A DNA stretch of 64,000 bases from Octopus vulgaris (Eukaryota): the NCBI GenBank assembly GCA_951406725.2, contig OX597831.1, positions 66,836,001 through 66,900,000 of the forward strand. The letters run 5' to 3'. The notes under the pieces were generated by a model. It did not search any database. It was not told the DNA's origin and saw only the letters and a program-made list of their open reading frames with translations. A program made the position numbers and the translations under genes. Below are positions 25,471 through 39,109 of this stretch, one piece after another. Numbering within the stretch: the first letter of the stretch is position 1; each line of letters opens with the position of its first letter.

Positions 25471-25788
25471 ATATAACAAAATAAAGGCACAGCAGTTTTC
25501 TCACAGTCTGTTGTATTAAATGGTGCTTACCCAGAGAGAGTCATAGTTGCACATGATTTATGTTCAGAAGTTTTATTCAATTGATAGCCTACAGTGTTAC
25601 ATTGAACTAATGGCCACCTTAAACAAACCCTTTTATGTGCATGCACTCAAAAAGCATGCAATAATATTTGCAGAACAATGACATTTGGAAATTAACTGAT
25701 CATTTCATTATTCAATAACTGCAGCTAACACCATTTATTATAGAAGCATCAGTACTAAGCAGTAATGAAGAATAAATGCACTTTAGAT

Positions 25789-25985
25789 TAGTTGCGGATC
25801 CGTGGAATAAGCTGCCGGATGAGATAGTGAAGATGCCGACAACCGCTCGGTTCAAAGTCTCTCTTGACCAGAAATGGCCTGAACTCTTTGTATGACCACC
25901 CTCCCTGTCCCCCTACATGGCCTTGCTTTTGCTTTTTGAGCCAATAAGAATTGAATTGAAATTGAAAAAAAAAATTGAATTAAAA
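25789..25985 (+). mobile_element. CR1-clade LINE 3' end
   Basis: VADPWNKLPDEIVKMPTTARFKVSLDQKWPELFV*, then a short UTR and (aattg)n tail. Confidence 0.8.
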
Positions 25986-26522
25986 ATATGCTTGTGACAT
26001 ATTTTAACTTCTAAAGGCAAATTTACTGCAGTTACTATGAAGAAAAATTCTTTCTCACGGTAAAAGGTGTAAAAACATCATATCTAGCACATTTCTGGCT
26101 CTTTATCCTTCCTGAATGGGAAATACTGAAGAGAGATAACCCTGGACAGATTCAAATCCATAGCTTTATCTAAATAACAGTCAACATCAGTGACCAAGTT
26201 GTGCTAGTGGACCGCCTGGTCAGAATAAAAATAGCTGCATCAGTGCCAAGCAGTAGTGAAGAATAACAGAACTTTAGGTTAGTTAAAATAGCCACATGTG
26301 CACATGGATTTAATATTAGATTTTAAGGGCGCATACCACCAAATTTAAACTGAAGATAATTTTAAGAATATCCCCACAACTAACACAATTACTGGTTTAA
26401 TGTGATGGATATAACATTAAAACTGTATGCAACACTGTAAAAAGGATATAAAGAATAAGATGTTTATCAGGATATGCACAATAATCTGAGATAATCTGAA
26501 TTAAAGTCAATATTAAAGTCAA

Positions 26523-26923
26523 TAGGCGCAGGAGTGGCTGTGTGGTAAGTAGCTTGCTTACCAACCACATGGTTCAGGTTCAGTCCCACTGCGTGGCACT
26601 TTGGGCAAGTGTCTTCTACTATAACCTCGAGCCGACCAAAGACTTGTGAGTGGATTTGGTAGACGGGAACTGAAAGAAGTCCGTCGTATATATGTATATA
26701 TATATGTGTGCGTGTCTGTGCTTGTCCTCCCAACATCGCTTGAGAACTGATGCTGGTGTGTTCATGTCCCCGTAACTTAGCGGTTCGGCAAAAGACACCA
26801 ATAGAATAAGTACTAGGCTTACAAAGAATAAGTCCTGGGGGTGATTTGCTCGACTAAAGGCGGTGCTCCAGCATGGCCGCAGTCAAATGACTGAAACAAG
26901 TAAAAGAGTAAAAGAGTAAGAGT
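26523..26923 (+). mobile_element. SINE family A
   Basis: Full-length match. Confidence 0.9.
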
Positions 26924-28173
26924 ATTGTGTTGGGTCACTTGAAAGAAATGGGCATGACTATAAATTTGGAAAATGCAGGTGCTAATAAGATATATTCTAT
27001 TTCAAAGGTAAGTATTTCTGTAGATCAATGCTTAATCCAGAAAATTTTATACATTAAGACCTTATTTACAATGAGTTAGGTTTCTTTTAAGAATGTTTAA
27101 TTTTTATGTTTATTTTTTGTTAAAATACTCAGGAATGACCAAACTGTCTGCAAATTTATGGAGAAAAAAAATGAAAAAAAATGCTGAGTGTAGTAGGACA
27201 ATCTTCAAACAGTATTTGATAATTTTAAAAATTGCCTTAGTAGAGAATCTTGTTGAGCACACTGTTGATGACAACGAAGATGCTAGTGAGAATTCTATGT
27301 CAGGCATTTTATCACAAAACAACACCCAGTATTGTAGTTATCAAGAAAATTAGCCACTTCTGAATCTCTAATTATTCAACATCAAAAAGGAAGCTTTAAG
27401 CAATTATCTAGATTACAAACTGCATTTATAATTTTTTACTTGGAAAGTTCTTGGTCAGATCTAATAATCCTCGACTTGAATTAATTCATGCAACAAACTT
27501 TCAATGGTCACATCTTCAAGAATACTGAGGTGTGTCAAAAGGCTGACAGCATTTAACTTTGGTATTTCATATGTTAAGTGAAACTTCATTTCTCATTTTG
27601 AACTTGTGACTATATTTCATGATAAAAAGATTCTATTAATAATCACTTTATTCACTGGTTAGAAACTGATGCATTATACCTTGATAGCTTAGATTGAAAA
27701 ACATTACACCATCCTCTATTGAGTGAAATTATTTCTAGAATAAAAAAAATATCTGGAGTTCCAATAAAAAGAGAGACTTTTAAAGACAGTTATAGATTAA
27801 TGTATAATGTGGTTTATTTTGTAATTGTAATCTCACTGGTGCATTTGAAATATTCAGAAAATGAATCATAAAATATAGTCATGATGACGCCCATAGTGAA
27901 AGTACTAATATATGCAGTTGTCTCAGACTTGAAGCAAGGTTGTCTGGTTATTTACATGTTGAAGAGGAGTACATCTAATATATGCTATAAATGTGCTGAA
28001 ATAAAAAATTGCAGTCCAAAGAGTAACAACCATGGACTCAAATACGTATAAATATTGCTAATAATCCATTGGACAGTTGCTGATAACAGTTAACTTATTT
28101 TCAAGGAGAATAAAAATTATCCCTGTTACTTATGGAAACAGGTTATGCATGAATTTTCTTTCAAAAATAGATA

Positions 28174-28554
28174 TAGGTGCAGGAGTGGCTGTGTGGTAAA
28201 TAGCTTGTTTACCAACCACATGGTTCCGGGTTCAGTCCCACTGCGTGGCACCTTGGGCAAGTGTCTTCTACTATAGTGGATTTGATAGACGGAAACTGAA
28301 AGAAGCCCGTCGTATATATGTATATATATATGTGTGCGTGTATGTCTGTGTTTGTCCCCCCAACATCGCTTGACAGGCGATGCTAGTGTGTTTATGTCCC
28401 CGTCACTTAGCGGTTCGGCAAAGAGACCGATAGAATAAGTACTGGGCTTACAAAGAATAAGTCCCGGGGTCGAGTTGCTCGATTAAAGGCGGTGCTCCAG
28501 CATGGCCACAGTCAAATGACTGAAACAAGTAAAAGAGTAAAAGAGTAAAGAGTA
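28174..28554 (+). mobile_element. SINE family A
   Basis: Full-length match with a small deletion. Confidence 0.9.
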
Positions 28555-29082
28555 TACCATAGGTTTTGGTGCCTGGAAATGCTCAGGAACTTCATAAGGG
28601 TGATTTTTGTTCTTGGTTAAAGAACAGCGTTGTTTTATAAGATCTTTTAAAGAACAGCATTCTTTATAAGATATCTCCATGTCATCCACAAGCAGATGGA
28701 ATTACTAACATGTAAATGTGATATAAACAACTTCTTGATTCAACTGTTCCATAGTTGCCATATTATTATACATATATTACAAAGTCCTGCATTGAAGGAA
28801 CATCAGATTTGTGCATCAGTGACTGTCGTACACCATGAAGGTACAAGTGTGGTATAATAAGAACAATGTTTCTAGACCAAAAATGTGCAAAATTTGTGTT
28901 ACAAACTGTAAACAGCACCAGAATAAACCTGAAACATCAGTTCATACTGATCAAATTAGGAATACACAACCTGAAGCATGTGAATGCTATGACAGTGAAA
29001 ATGAGAATAGTATAAATAGAATCCATAATAATAGTAGTACCTCACCGAAACTGAGGAACACTATCGCTGATATTAAAGTCAA

Positions 29083-29407
29083 TAGGCGCAGGAGTGGCTG
29101 TGTGGTAAGTAGCTTGCTTACCAACCACATGGTTCGGGTTCAGTCCCACTGTGTGGCACTTTGGGCAAGTGTCTTCTACTATAGCCTTGGGCCGACCAAA
29201 GCCTTGTGAGTGGATTTGGTAGACGGAAACTGAAAGAAGCCTGTCGTATATATGTATATATATATATGTGTGTGTGTGTGTTTGTGTGTCTGTGCTTGTC
29301 CTCCCAACATTGCTTGACAACCGATGCTGGTGTGTTCATGTCCCCGTAACTTAGCGGTTTGGTAAAAGAGACCGATAGAATAAGTACTAGGCTTACAAAG
29401 AATAAGT
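29083..29407 (+). mobile_element. SINE family A (3'-truncated)
   Basis: Match to family A; shares 5' flank with 26523. Confidence 0.88.
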
Positions 29408-29599
29408 TTACAGTTTGTAACACAAAGACGAGACAGAATGAATAAATGAGTAGTAAAACTAAATTAGAAAAAACTGCTTGCTGCCCATGTAGTTTACATT
29501 TCAGGGAGATGTGAAAGTTATGACTTGTAATTAAATCCATTGTTATATTATATATTATATCGTATAACCAAACTTTTCAAAAAAAAAAACAAATTTATT

Positions 29600-30650
29600 G
29601 AATTATTTACAACTTACAGTTTAATCAGATTTATTCCCTCCACTGTTGTTACACTGCTCCCAACATTTTTCCAGTTTTGGAACACATTTTCAGGAATACT
29701 GCAAAGTTCTCATGGAATTTTCTTCTATCACTTCTACCTTCCAAAATAGACAACCTTTGAAGGTGGATTTCAGCTTTGAGAACAAAAAAATGTCTGCAAG
29801 TACCAAAGCTAGAAAGTAGAGTGGCTGGGGAACAAAAAAAGTCAGCTTGTGCTTTGGCCAAAATGTTATGAATAAGGAGTGGCACATGAACAGGCATGTT
29901 TTCACGGTGCATCTAGGTTTTATTTGCTCATGCCTTGGATGTTTTTCCTTTGCACTGCTTCTCTCAAAAGCTTCATGACATGCAAGTAAAACTCTTTATT
30001 GATTGGCTGACTATGTGGAACAAACTAATGAGGAGCAATACCCTTCTAATCAACAAAAGGATGATGAACAACACTTTCATATTTGTATGATTGACATGCT
30101 TTTTTTTTGGTGACAGTGTTGATGACCAAACCTACTGAAACAAATTTTTGCTTCAATATTGTAGCTATATCCACTCCTTTCTTAACCTGTTATGACACTA
30201 TTCAGAAAGGTTTTCTCAGCACTCAAATGATCAACCAGCTCCTGGTTGTGACTCAGTTTTTTTTGTTCTTCTTTCACCACATATAGCACAAATGTTTGGT
30301 AACATGATACATTTTCAATTTTCCTTTTGAAAATCATGCTATATAAGCATTCACTTATGCCTATTTCTTCAGAAACCTCACAGACAATCAGGTGATGAGT
30401 TGCACAGACTACAACATGCACTTTCATGATGTGATAATTGCCTGTCATCATGGTAAGTTGTCTAGATTTGGGGTTGTCTTCAGTGGATGTTCGTATGAAA
30501 TGCTGATCCCACTCAGGGCATAAACAACTCTCCTTAGGCTTCTTATAATATTAGTAGGTATCACTATAGAGCACCATACAATGGAGGCAAGCACCATTGG
30601 AACACATAAAAACCACACTTTTTGCTTCATCCTTTTCATGACAAAATAAA
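29600..30650 (-). mobile_element. Old mariner transposase remnant
   Basis: QPLYFLALVLADIFLFSKLKSTFKG resembles YSPDLAPCDFFLFPKLK; FLNSVITG precedes the first catalytic Asp region. Confidence 0.7.
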
Positions 30651-31056
30651 TTTTTTCCTTGGAAACTTATATATCATTTGAAAGTTCTGAATGTGAACTT
30701 TCTTCTCAAACGGTTACATATCATGCCAGGTCCCTCAATTACCCTGGTATTTCCATGCATTTACAAAGTTTGTCCCCCACTTTTTTTTTTTACTGCTGAA
30801 CGGTAACCCTCATTCTAGTTCAATGCACTGGAGTGCTATAACTAGGGCTGTGTTGAAAATCATAGTCATGAAGAGGAATGCTTTTGATTTATTTTGATAT
30901 AAAAATCGAATGTTAAAAGACATTGTTAATTTTTGATTAGAAAAGAACATATTTTCTTCAAGATTTTTATATAAGAAAAAAAAGGTTCCTCTCTATTTCA
31001 ATATGGTCATTGTTAAATCTGGCCACGATATGGCTGAAAAGTACAAAGCCAGTCAA

Positions 31057-31469
31057 ACTCTCTCTCTTTTACTCTTTTACTTGTTTCAGTCATTTGACTG
31101 TGGCCATGCTGGAGCAGCGCCTTTAATCAAGCAACTCGACCCCAGGACTTATTCTTTTGTAAGCCCAGTACTTATTCTATTGGTGTCTTTTGCCGAACCG
31201 CTAAGTAACGGGGACATAAACACACCAGCATCGGTTGTCAAGCAATGCTAGGGGGACAAACACAGACACACACACACACATATATATTTATATATACATA
31301 TATACGACGGGCTTCTTTCAGTTTCCGTCTACTAAATCCACTCACAAGGCTTTGGTCGGCCCGAGGCTATAGTAAAAGACACTTGCCCAAGGTGCCACGC
31401 AGTGGGACTGAACCCGGAACCATGTGGTTGGCTAGCAAGCTACTTACCACACAGCCACTCCTGCGCCTA
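31057..31469 (-). mobile_element. SINE family A
   Basis: Reverse-complement match. Confidence 0.9.
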
Positions 31470-31697
31470 TACATTTGTCCCTGGCAAGAGGTCAAGTGGA
31501 ACATAAATCCAAAGCTTCAAATATTGATTTTGAGCTAGAATTTCAAGAAATGGACAAACTAATTACTAAGTAAACATATATTTCAAAAAAAAAAAAGGCA
31601 CTAAAACTTAGCATGAATTCATTGTATTGAGAATGTTGTTTATTTCCTTTTCGCTGTTTTAACAATGTATCACTAGGTAAGCTTTGTGGATATGCTT

Positions 31698-32020
31698 CAT
31701 CATCATCATCATCATCGTTTAACGTCCGTTTTCCGTGCTATCACGGGTTGGACAGTTCGACCGGGGTCTGGGAAGCTAGAAGGCTGCACCAGGCTCCAGT
31801 CTGATCTGGCAGTATTTCTACAACTGGATGCCCTTCCTAACACCAACCACTCCGTGAGTGTAGTGGGTGCTTTTTACGTGCCATCGGCACAGGTGCCAGG
31901 GGAGGCTGGCAGCAGCCACGATCGGTTGGTGCTTTTTACGTGCCACTGGCACAGAAGCCAGTCAAGGCGGCGCTGGCATCAGCCACATTTGGATGGTGCT
32001 TTTTACGTGCCACCGGCACA
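31698..32020 (-). mobile_element. Family D element
   Basis: (cat)n start on +; matches 22868 in reverse. Confidence 0.8.
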
Positions 32021-32289
32021 GGAAAATTTTTATACATGAAAATTTTTTTTTATTGTCTTTATGTTTTTAATGCTTAAAGTAAGGAATTAGTTTTCACATC
32101 TTGTTTGTCTTTTAATCTAGGTCTACATACAATTCTGAGAAAAGTATCAGGTGGTTGTGGAATGTGTTAGAAACAATAGCTAAATCTCCCTTAAATTTCA
32201 TTTGAAAATATTTTCGAATTCTTTGTCTTTCAAAATCGTTATGTACAATCTGACAACACAAGATGTTATAAGAAGGGAAATTTATTGTT

Positions 32290-33620
32290 TACATTATATA
32301 AAATTGCAGATAGATACAACCTTAAACTTTGTACTGGTGTACAAGATGGTAAAGGCAGTATCGACACTCATTTTGCTACAGCTATGAGGTACGTGTATGA
32401 GGCAATGTAATATGGGTTTAGATGTTATAACTCATGTTGAATTAGTTGATGCCTTAAATGCTAATGACGGTGTAAGTAATACAGTGGTAGAATTGGTTGG
32501 TATTAATAGGCCTACTGTTGAACAGTTTGAACAGGAAATCTTGGAGATAATTGGAAAATTACAAAACATAGGTGATCATATGGAAATACTGTTTGATTCG
32601 ACAAGAAATTCCACTTCAGTTTATGAAAATTCAAACTTAACCATTGACAGCAACATACAACCTTATCAATAGCACTACGAACGATGTAAATGAAGGAAAT
32701 TGTGAAAGCAAATCTGATGAAGAAGATTGTGCTTCCAATGAAAATGAAATATTTGATACAGACACAGTTGAAGATATTGGTGTTGTAGAGAAAGGTAGAG
32801 GCAGCTTAACAAAATGTATTGTTTATAGTGTTGAGGGGAATAACCCAGAGAAGCATCATATTGAACTTGCTGTAGCATTAATGATTTGGATATGGAATCA
32901 GATGATGAAAATCCTCTTCAATGTCATTAATGTTGTAGGGAATTTGCAACTGCCTACAAAATGGAAATCCATAATCGCAAGGGAGCCTTAAGATAACAAG
33001 ATTTAATCAATCAAGCTATTGTTTATGCTAAATATATATATATATATATGAACAGCATCAATTTGAGGTGATTAATACTAGTTCAAATGTTGAAGAACTT
33101 AAGATGTTTGATTCCATTCATAAAGCGATCCAGCATAATAATGAGTGTTGTGGATTTTAAACAGGATGGGCAAGAACAAGAAAGTACGGTAATAAATATG
33201 GTCGAAAGTATGTGGATACATTTAAACAAGAAATTATTGATATGTTTAATTTGGCTAATGAAAACGAAGCTATGAAACGAGGTCCAGGTAAAATGTTAGT
33301 GGAACTTAAACATACTGGGCGTTTGGATTTACCATTGGAAACAGAAATTTGAACTGTTATTTCATCCTTGATAGCAAAGAAAATAAAGAGACAATCGACA
33401 TTGTATAATGCTAGCCGTGGAATTCATGAGCCATTCAAGTCAACAGTGCTGGAAATATTTCAGGAAGATCCTAATATTACACCACGCAGGGCATGGGAAT
33501 TGTTCTAACAAAGACATCCTCCACACGATGATATATCCATGTATTCAACTGAGGCAAAGATAAAGAACAAAATATCTTCTTTAAAGGTTAAGTATGAGAA
33601 AACAGGTGAAATACCTTAGA
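32290..33620 (+). pseudogene. Decayed intronless ORF, probably a DNA-transposase C-terminal half (possibly Sola3-like)
   Basis: Frameshifted pieces TGVQDGKGSIDTHFATAMRYV, CNMGLDVITHVELVDALNANDGV, an acidic linker, CxxC..F..H, and YVDTFKQEIIDMFNLANENEAMKRGPGKMLVEL; family assignment is from motif recall only. Confidence 0.45.
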
Positions 33621-34481
33621 GATTCAAAGAAAACATTGTAACTTTTCGGACAATTGACATTTTCAAGAATTTTATAAATATGTGACACAAAATATATAAT
33701 ACTGCAGCTATAGCACGATTTTACTGGTTTAGGTCTCTACAAAACTGGGTCAAACTTCCATACTCTGAGTCATGTAACGATTCTTAAAAAAAAAAGGGGG
33801 GGGGAATCCCCGTTAAAATGGGGAAGCTTATGTGGGCATCCTGATCTAAAACTCATTTACAGCCATTTTCAATAGTTCATTGAAATTTTATTGCAATGGT
33901 CTCATGTCCCGAAATCTCAGGATTTATTTAGTTCTATACTAACTACAAATGTGCCAAAACTCAAGTTGCTGTGGCTCCTACTTTTGGATTTAACTAGGTC
34001 TGAAGATACTGTGGAACTGAATGTTTATAACATGTAACAAAATAGGTTTTAAACGAATATTTTTAAAAATTGCCCCATAAAAGTTTTTTTTCCAATGACC
34101 TGAAAAATAATAACTGCTATATTCATGGTCACTATTAATTTGTCTGATTTGAAGATGATTATCACCTCAGTTTCAAAGATATAACATCACACATATGGTT
34201 AATTATTCATTTAGGCCAATTAGGCAAGATTTCAACTAATTTGCTGATCATTGAAATTGTCACATTTCCTAAAATATTCGTCCAAATTTCACAAATTACA
34301 TATCAAAATATTTCTTTTTGGATGCTCTCTAAGAAAAAGTGCAGTAGAAATTATAAGGTTGAGTAAAAAGTAAGCAACATTTTGAACCATGAAGAATTTA
34401 TACTGGAATTTTGCAGAGTTTTGAATATTTTTTAAACATTTTTTTGTAATTGTCTGATAATGCAGACATCAATAAATGCAT

Positions 34482-34843
34482 ACTCTTTTTACTCTTTTAC
34501 CTGTTTGTCATTTGACTGTGGCCATGTTGGAGCACTGCCTGTAGTTGAGCAAATTGACCCCAGGACTTATTCTTTGTAAGCCTAGTACTTATTCTATCAG
34601 TCTCTTTTGCCAAACCGCTAAGTTATGGGGACAAACACAGACACACAAACATACACACACATATATATATACATATATATGACAGGCTTCTTTCAGTTTC
34701 CATCTACCAGATCCACTCACAAGGCTTTGGTCGGCTCGAGGCTATAGTAGAAGACACTTGCCCAAGGTGCCCCGCAGTAGGACTGAACCCAGAACCATGT
34801 GGTTGGTAAGCAAGCTACTTACCACACAGCCACTCCTATGCCT
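34482..34843 (-). mobile_element. SINE family A
   Basis: Reverse-complement match. Confidence 0.88.
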
Positions 34844-35300
34844 ACGCATCAATAAATTAACATGGATATTTTTTTCATCCTTGCTACTGTGTATACATAG
34901 GTATACGGGTGTAGAACACATCCCCACTTTTGGCACTATTTATTAGTAAACAGTATGAGCTGTGTCTAAAGTGGATACGCACAGCGTATCACTCCGCTGT
35001 ATTTTGACAGTTCGTAGCAGGTTAAGCAAAACAAACACGTAAAACAATAACAATGCCTTCATTGAGTTGTCTATCATCCCAACACGAACGAAACAATGCA
35101 TAACATGGTGGCAGCGGTAAATAATTAATCGGAAACTGTGCTTTTACAACAAAACAGGAACACAACAAACCAGAAATTTAACAAACTGAATATCGCTTTG
35201 TCTTCGGACACACACACATGAGGATCCAAAATCGCGACCCCCGTTGCCATACAGATGAATTTACATCTGACCATGAACTGGGACGCCAATGATATCGTGG

Positions 35301-35518
35301 AAGCGGCGAGCTGGCAGAAACGTTAGCACACCGGGCGAAATGTTTAGCAGTATTTCGTCTGTCATTGCGTTCTGAGTTCAAATTCTGCTGAGGTCGACTT
35401 TGCCTTTCATCCTTTCGGGGTCGATAAATCAAGTACCAGTTACGCACTAGGGTCGATGTAATCGACTTAATCCGTTTGTCTGTCCTTGTTTGTCCTCTCT
35501 ATGTTTAGCCCCTAGAAA
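35301..35518 (+). mobile_element. SINE family B inserted in Gypsy gag
   Basis: TSD gatatcgtgg(aagcg) at 35291 and 35521. Confidence 0.9.
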
Positions 35519-35881
35519 CAGATATCGTGGAAGCGTTCAAGAAATTCAAACAGAAAACTCAACTGGCTTTCAAAAGTTTCCTGAAAGGTACAACTGCCGA
35601 TGAAATGGTAAGCTACATCCTTTTATGGACGTGAGAGAAGGGCCTAGACCTATTCAATAGCTAGGACATGTCAGAATCGGATTGCAATAACCCAGACATA
35701 CTTTTAGAGAAATTTGAAAGGCACCTAGAGCCCAGATCGAACCATAGAATTCACAGATACGAATTCCAGGGCCTGAAACAAGACCCACAAGAAACGATTG
35801 ACAATTTCCTGTCCAGACTAGAGAATGTTGCTGAGAAATGCAGATTCAAAGACAAGGACAAAAGGATTGTTGATCAATTAA

Positions 35882-36189
35882 CCCCTTACCCAACAATTAT
35901 TTTGAAAATAAATGTATTTTTTCAGACATATTTTTTAATTGTTTTATTTTACTATGTTTTGAATGGTGATTTCGAGGGATATTTCAAACCTTATTTATTA
36001 TGAATTTTAATTCAATAATATTGATTTTAAATTACCGCTTTGGGCAGAAACGAGTTAACCCGTTTTTAGACGAAGAAACTCGTTTGCTGTCGATTTTGGC
36101 GAGTCTATCTTTTGACGAGTTAACTCGCCAGAGATAGAAAAAAACGATTTCGGTCAAAACGCATATATTCGTTTCTGCTGGGTAAGGGG
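35882..36189. mobile_element. TTAA-flanked MITE family 3 inserted in Gypsy gag
   Basis: TTAA-ccccttaccca...tgggtaagggg-TTAA; excision restores IVDQLIWGCAHKVVQKSL. Confidence 0.88.
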
Positions 36190-37030
36190 TTAATATGGGG
36201 GTGTGCTCATAAAGTGGTCCAGAAATCCCTCATAGGTAAGGACGCTCTACAGTTAATAGAAGCAGCAGACACTGCAAGAGCATTCAAAGCCACTACCAAA
36301 CAAATGGCCTCACTTACTTTACAAACAAATGCAATAGGCAGCAATGTAGATATTGTATCTAGACATAGGACGAAACATACCCACAAACAAAGAACATGCC
36401 AGTACTGTGGTATGGAGCATGAGTTCAATGACCGGAGGAAATGTCCTGTATTCGGTACACACTGCAAAGTATGTGGAATGCCCAACCACTGGGAAAAGAT
36501 GTGTAGACTAACAAAGTCTCAGAAATACAAGACCCAATTTTCAAAGAGGAGCAGAAAGAGAAGACAAAGAGATATACATGCCCAACAACAGGAACAAAAC
36601 ACCTCAGAAGAGGAATTCTTGGCAGTCGGCACAATAAATGTGCATGAGATGGGAAATGACGACCAGAAAAAAAATGAGGCATACACAACTATACAAATAC
36701 AAAACAAGTCAGGCAAGAAATGAATAAACATTGACTTAAGGCTAAAGATTGACACTGGAGCCCAGAGTGATATCTTGCCTGTCAATCTCTACAAGAAGAT
36801 GTTCCCAGAACACATGACTACCCATATACACATGTACATACGTACAGATATATATTAATATGCTCACATTCACACCTGTTCACACACAGAGACATACCCA
36901 AACAGACTCAGACATGTACAAACATCTATTATTTTTTTTTATAAGCTTGTCCACTGTTGTTAACAATGACGAAGGACATCACATGGGAGAAGACAAGGCA
37001 GAATGTGTCCAGCTATGGCCAATCAGTCTG

Positions 37031-37333
37031 TGTGGAGGCACATGGCCTAGTGGTTAGAGCAGCAGACTCGTGGTTGAGGGATCGCGGGTTTGAATCTCAG
37101 ACCGAGCGATGTGTGTGTTTATGATCGAAACACCTAAGCTCCATGCGGCTCCGGCAGAAGGTAATGGCGAACTTCTGCTGACTCTTTCGCCACAACTTTC
37201 TCTCACTCTTTCTTCCTGCATCTTGCAGCTCACCTACGACGGACCGGTGTCCAGTCCAGCTGGGGAACCTATACGCCAAGGAAACCAGGAAACTGGTCCT
37301 TATGAGCCACGCATGGCTTGGGAAGGAACAAAC
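37031..37333 (+). mobile_element. SINE family C2
   Basis: Match; TSD aatcagtctgtg. Confidence 0.88.
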
Positions 37334-38139
37334 AAAAGCAAAACAAAATCAGTCTGTGGCAGAGCTCAGAAGGCTCTGCCACAGATCAGGCCCTGGTAGT
37401 CTATTGGGACTGATGGCAAGGAGCTGGCTCTAGACTTGCATAGTTTGCATCCATTTGTGCCCCTGCAATCTTATTCTGTTTGTAGGAGGTGCATCCCTGG
37501 TGGTGCAGCTTCACTAGGCAAGGAAGTTATGTGCTTGCATTTCTCAGAACTCAAGGCTGATCTCAAAGCACTTCAGTGAGGCTTTGAGAATGTCCTTGAA
37601 GAACTTTTGTCGACCCTGTGTACATTTGCCTTCCATCAGTTTGCAGTCAATACAAGTCAATGGAAATAAAGAAAGCTAGCTCATGAGAGATCACCAGAAC
37701 ACCATGGTTACACCAATGATTAACTTGATGTGTATATATATATGTGTGTGTGTGTTTATTTTATTGTCTGCTTGCCTTGACATCAAGCAGTAGCTTTAAG
37801 TGAGTGTCACTGTCATGCAAGAGGTGTTCTTTGTTTCCAGTCTTTCATGTAATCATGTCTGGGTATGGTAAAATATTACCTTATTTGGAGGAAAGTGAGG
37901 GTTGGTGACAGAAATGGTATCCGGCTATACAAAATCTGTGTGAAAAGCATGGAAACATGGATGTTTCACATATATATTACATAAATAATATTTTCAATTC
38001 AGATGCTACAACCATATATGACTTCAAGAGTTTCAATTCTGTGAATATACATAATATTTACATGATTGCTGACATCGGTATGCTAGTAATAATAATGCAC
38101 AAGGCCACCAAGTTTGGTGTGAGGAGAAAGTTGATTACA

Positions 38140-38530
38140 TCGACTCCTGTACTCAAGTAACAGGTACTTATTATTTTACTCCGAAAGGATGAAAGGTAAA
38201 GTCAGCCTTGGCACAATTTGAACTCGGACTATAAAGATGGACAAAATGCCACTAAGCATTTTGCCTGGTGTGCTAATGATTCTGCCAGCTTGCCACCTTA
38301 TGCTACTACTAATAATAATAATCCTTTCTATTCTAGGCACAAAGCCTGAAATTTAGGAGAGGGGACTAGTTGATTAAAGCAACTCCTCATCTGGTACTTA
38401 TTTCACTGACCCTGAAAGGATGAAAAGCAAAGTTGACCTTGGTGGAATTTGAACTCAGAACATAAAGACAAACAAAATACTGTTGAGCATTTTGCCCAGT
38501 GTGCTAACAATTCTGCCAGCTGGCCACCTT
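38140..38530 (-). mobile_element. Two older, diverged family B-like SINEs
   Basis: gaaaggatgaaag..aaagt.gacc core occurs twice. Confidence 0.7.
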
Positions 38531-39109
38531 ATGCAAGTAATAATAATAATAAAGAAATAACAATAGTGATAAAAATGATTACAATAACAAGCACTCTAAT
38601 GCACCCAAAGTGGCTCCTACATTATGGCACAACAATAAATGACATGAGTTCATTTAACATGCAATAAAAGTTTACTGAGTACATGGGGCAGGAGGAGGAG
38701 GAGAGTGGGGGGAAGGATACCAATACAAAGGTATGGACTACCTCGAGCAGATGTTATGCAGGCACCTCAGGCAATGTTTACCAGCTCATCTTGCTTATTG
38801 ATTAGGGAAAGGCCATCAGCTGTGATTATGGTGATGACCCCATGTAGGCAAGGTCTGCACTAATGTCTAGGAGGTCAGTAGGGAGAAGCCACATTGATAA
38901 TAACAGACCAGTTGGTTTTACAGTCGACTCCTTTTGCCTTCAGACTGAATATGTGTTCGACTAGGGATGTAGACAACTGATGTTTGACATTTTTAAATGA
39001 GTGTTGGTGTGTGTGGAAATCATCCTCCTAATGAGTCTGACCATGGATCTGAAATAGTAACGAGTGGCATTGTGAGTTACTACTTTCTTATTATTGATGT
39101 GCTCTTATA

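Larger units (their letters stand above)
34950..36820 (+). mobile_element. Gypsy/Ty3 LTR retrotransposon 5' remnant (PBS, gag, start of protease)
   Basis: ...aca|TGGTGGCAGCGGT PBS at 35106-35118 (tRNA-Leu-like); gag RYEFQGLKQDPQETIDNFLSRL, CQYCGMEH, CKVCGMPNHWEKMC; protease KIDTGAQSDIL. Confidence 0.88.

Noticed and set aside
27093-28980. Possible piggyBac or LINE coding relic
   Set aside because: Too decayed; no diagnostic motif could be read.
39024-39070. Hammerhead-like ctaatgagtc...gaaatagta
   Set aside because: Core mutated and stems weak; cannot be supported.
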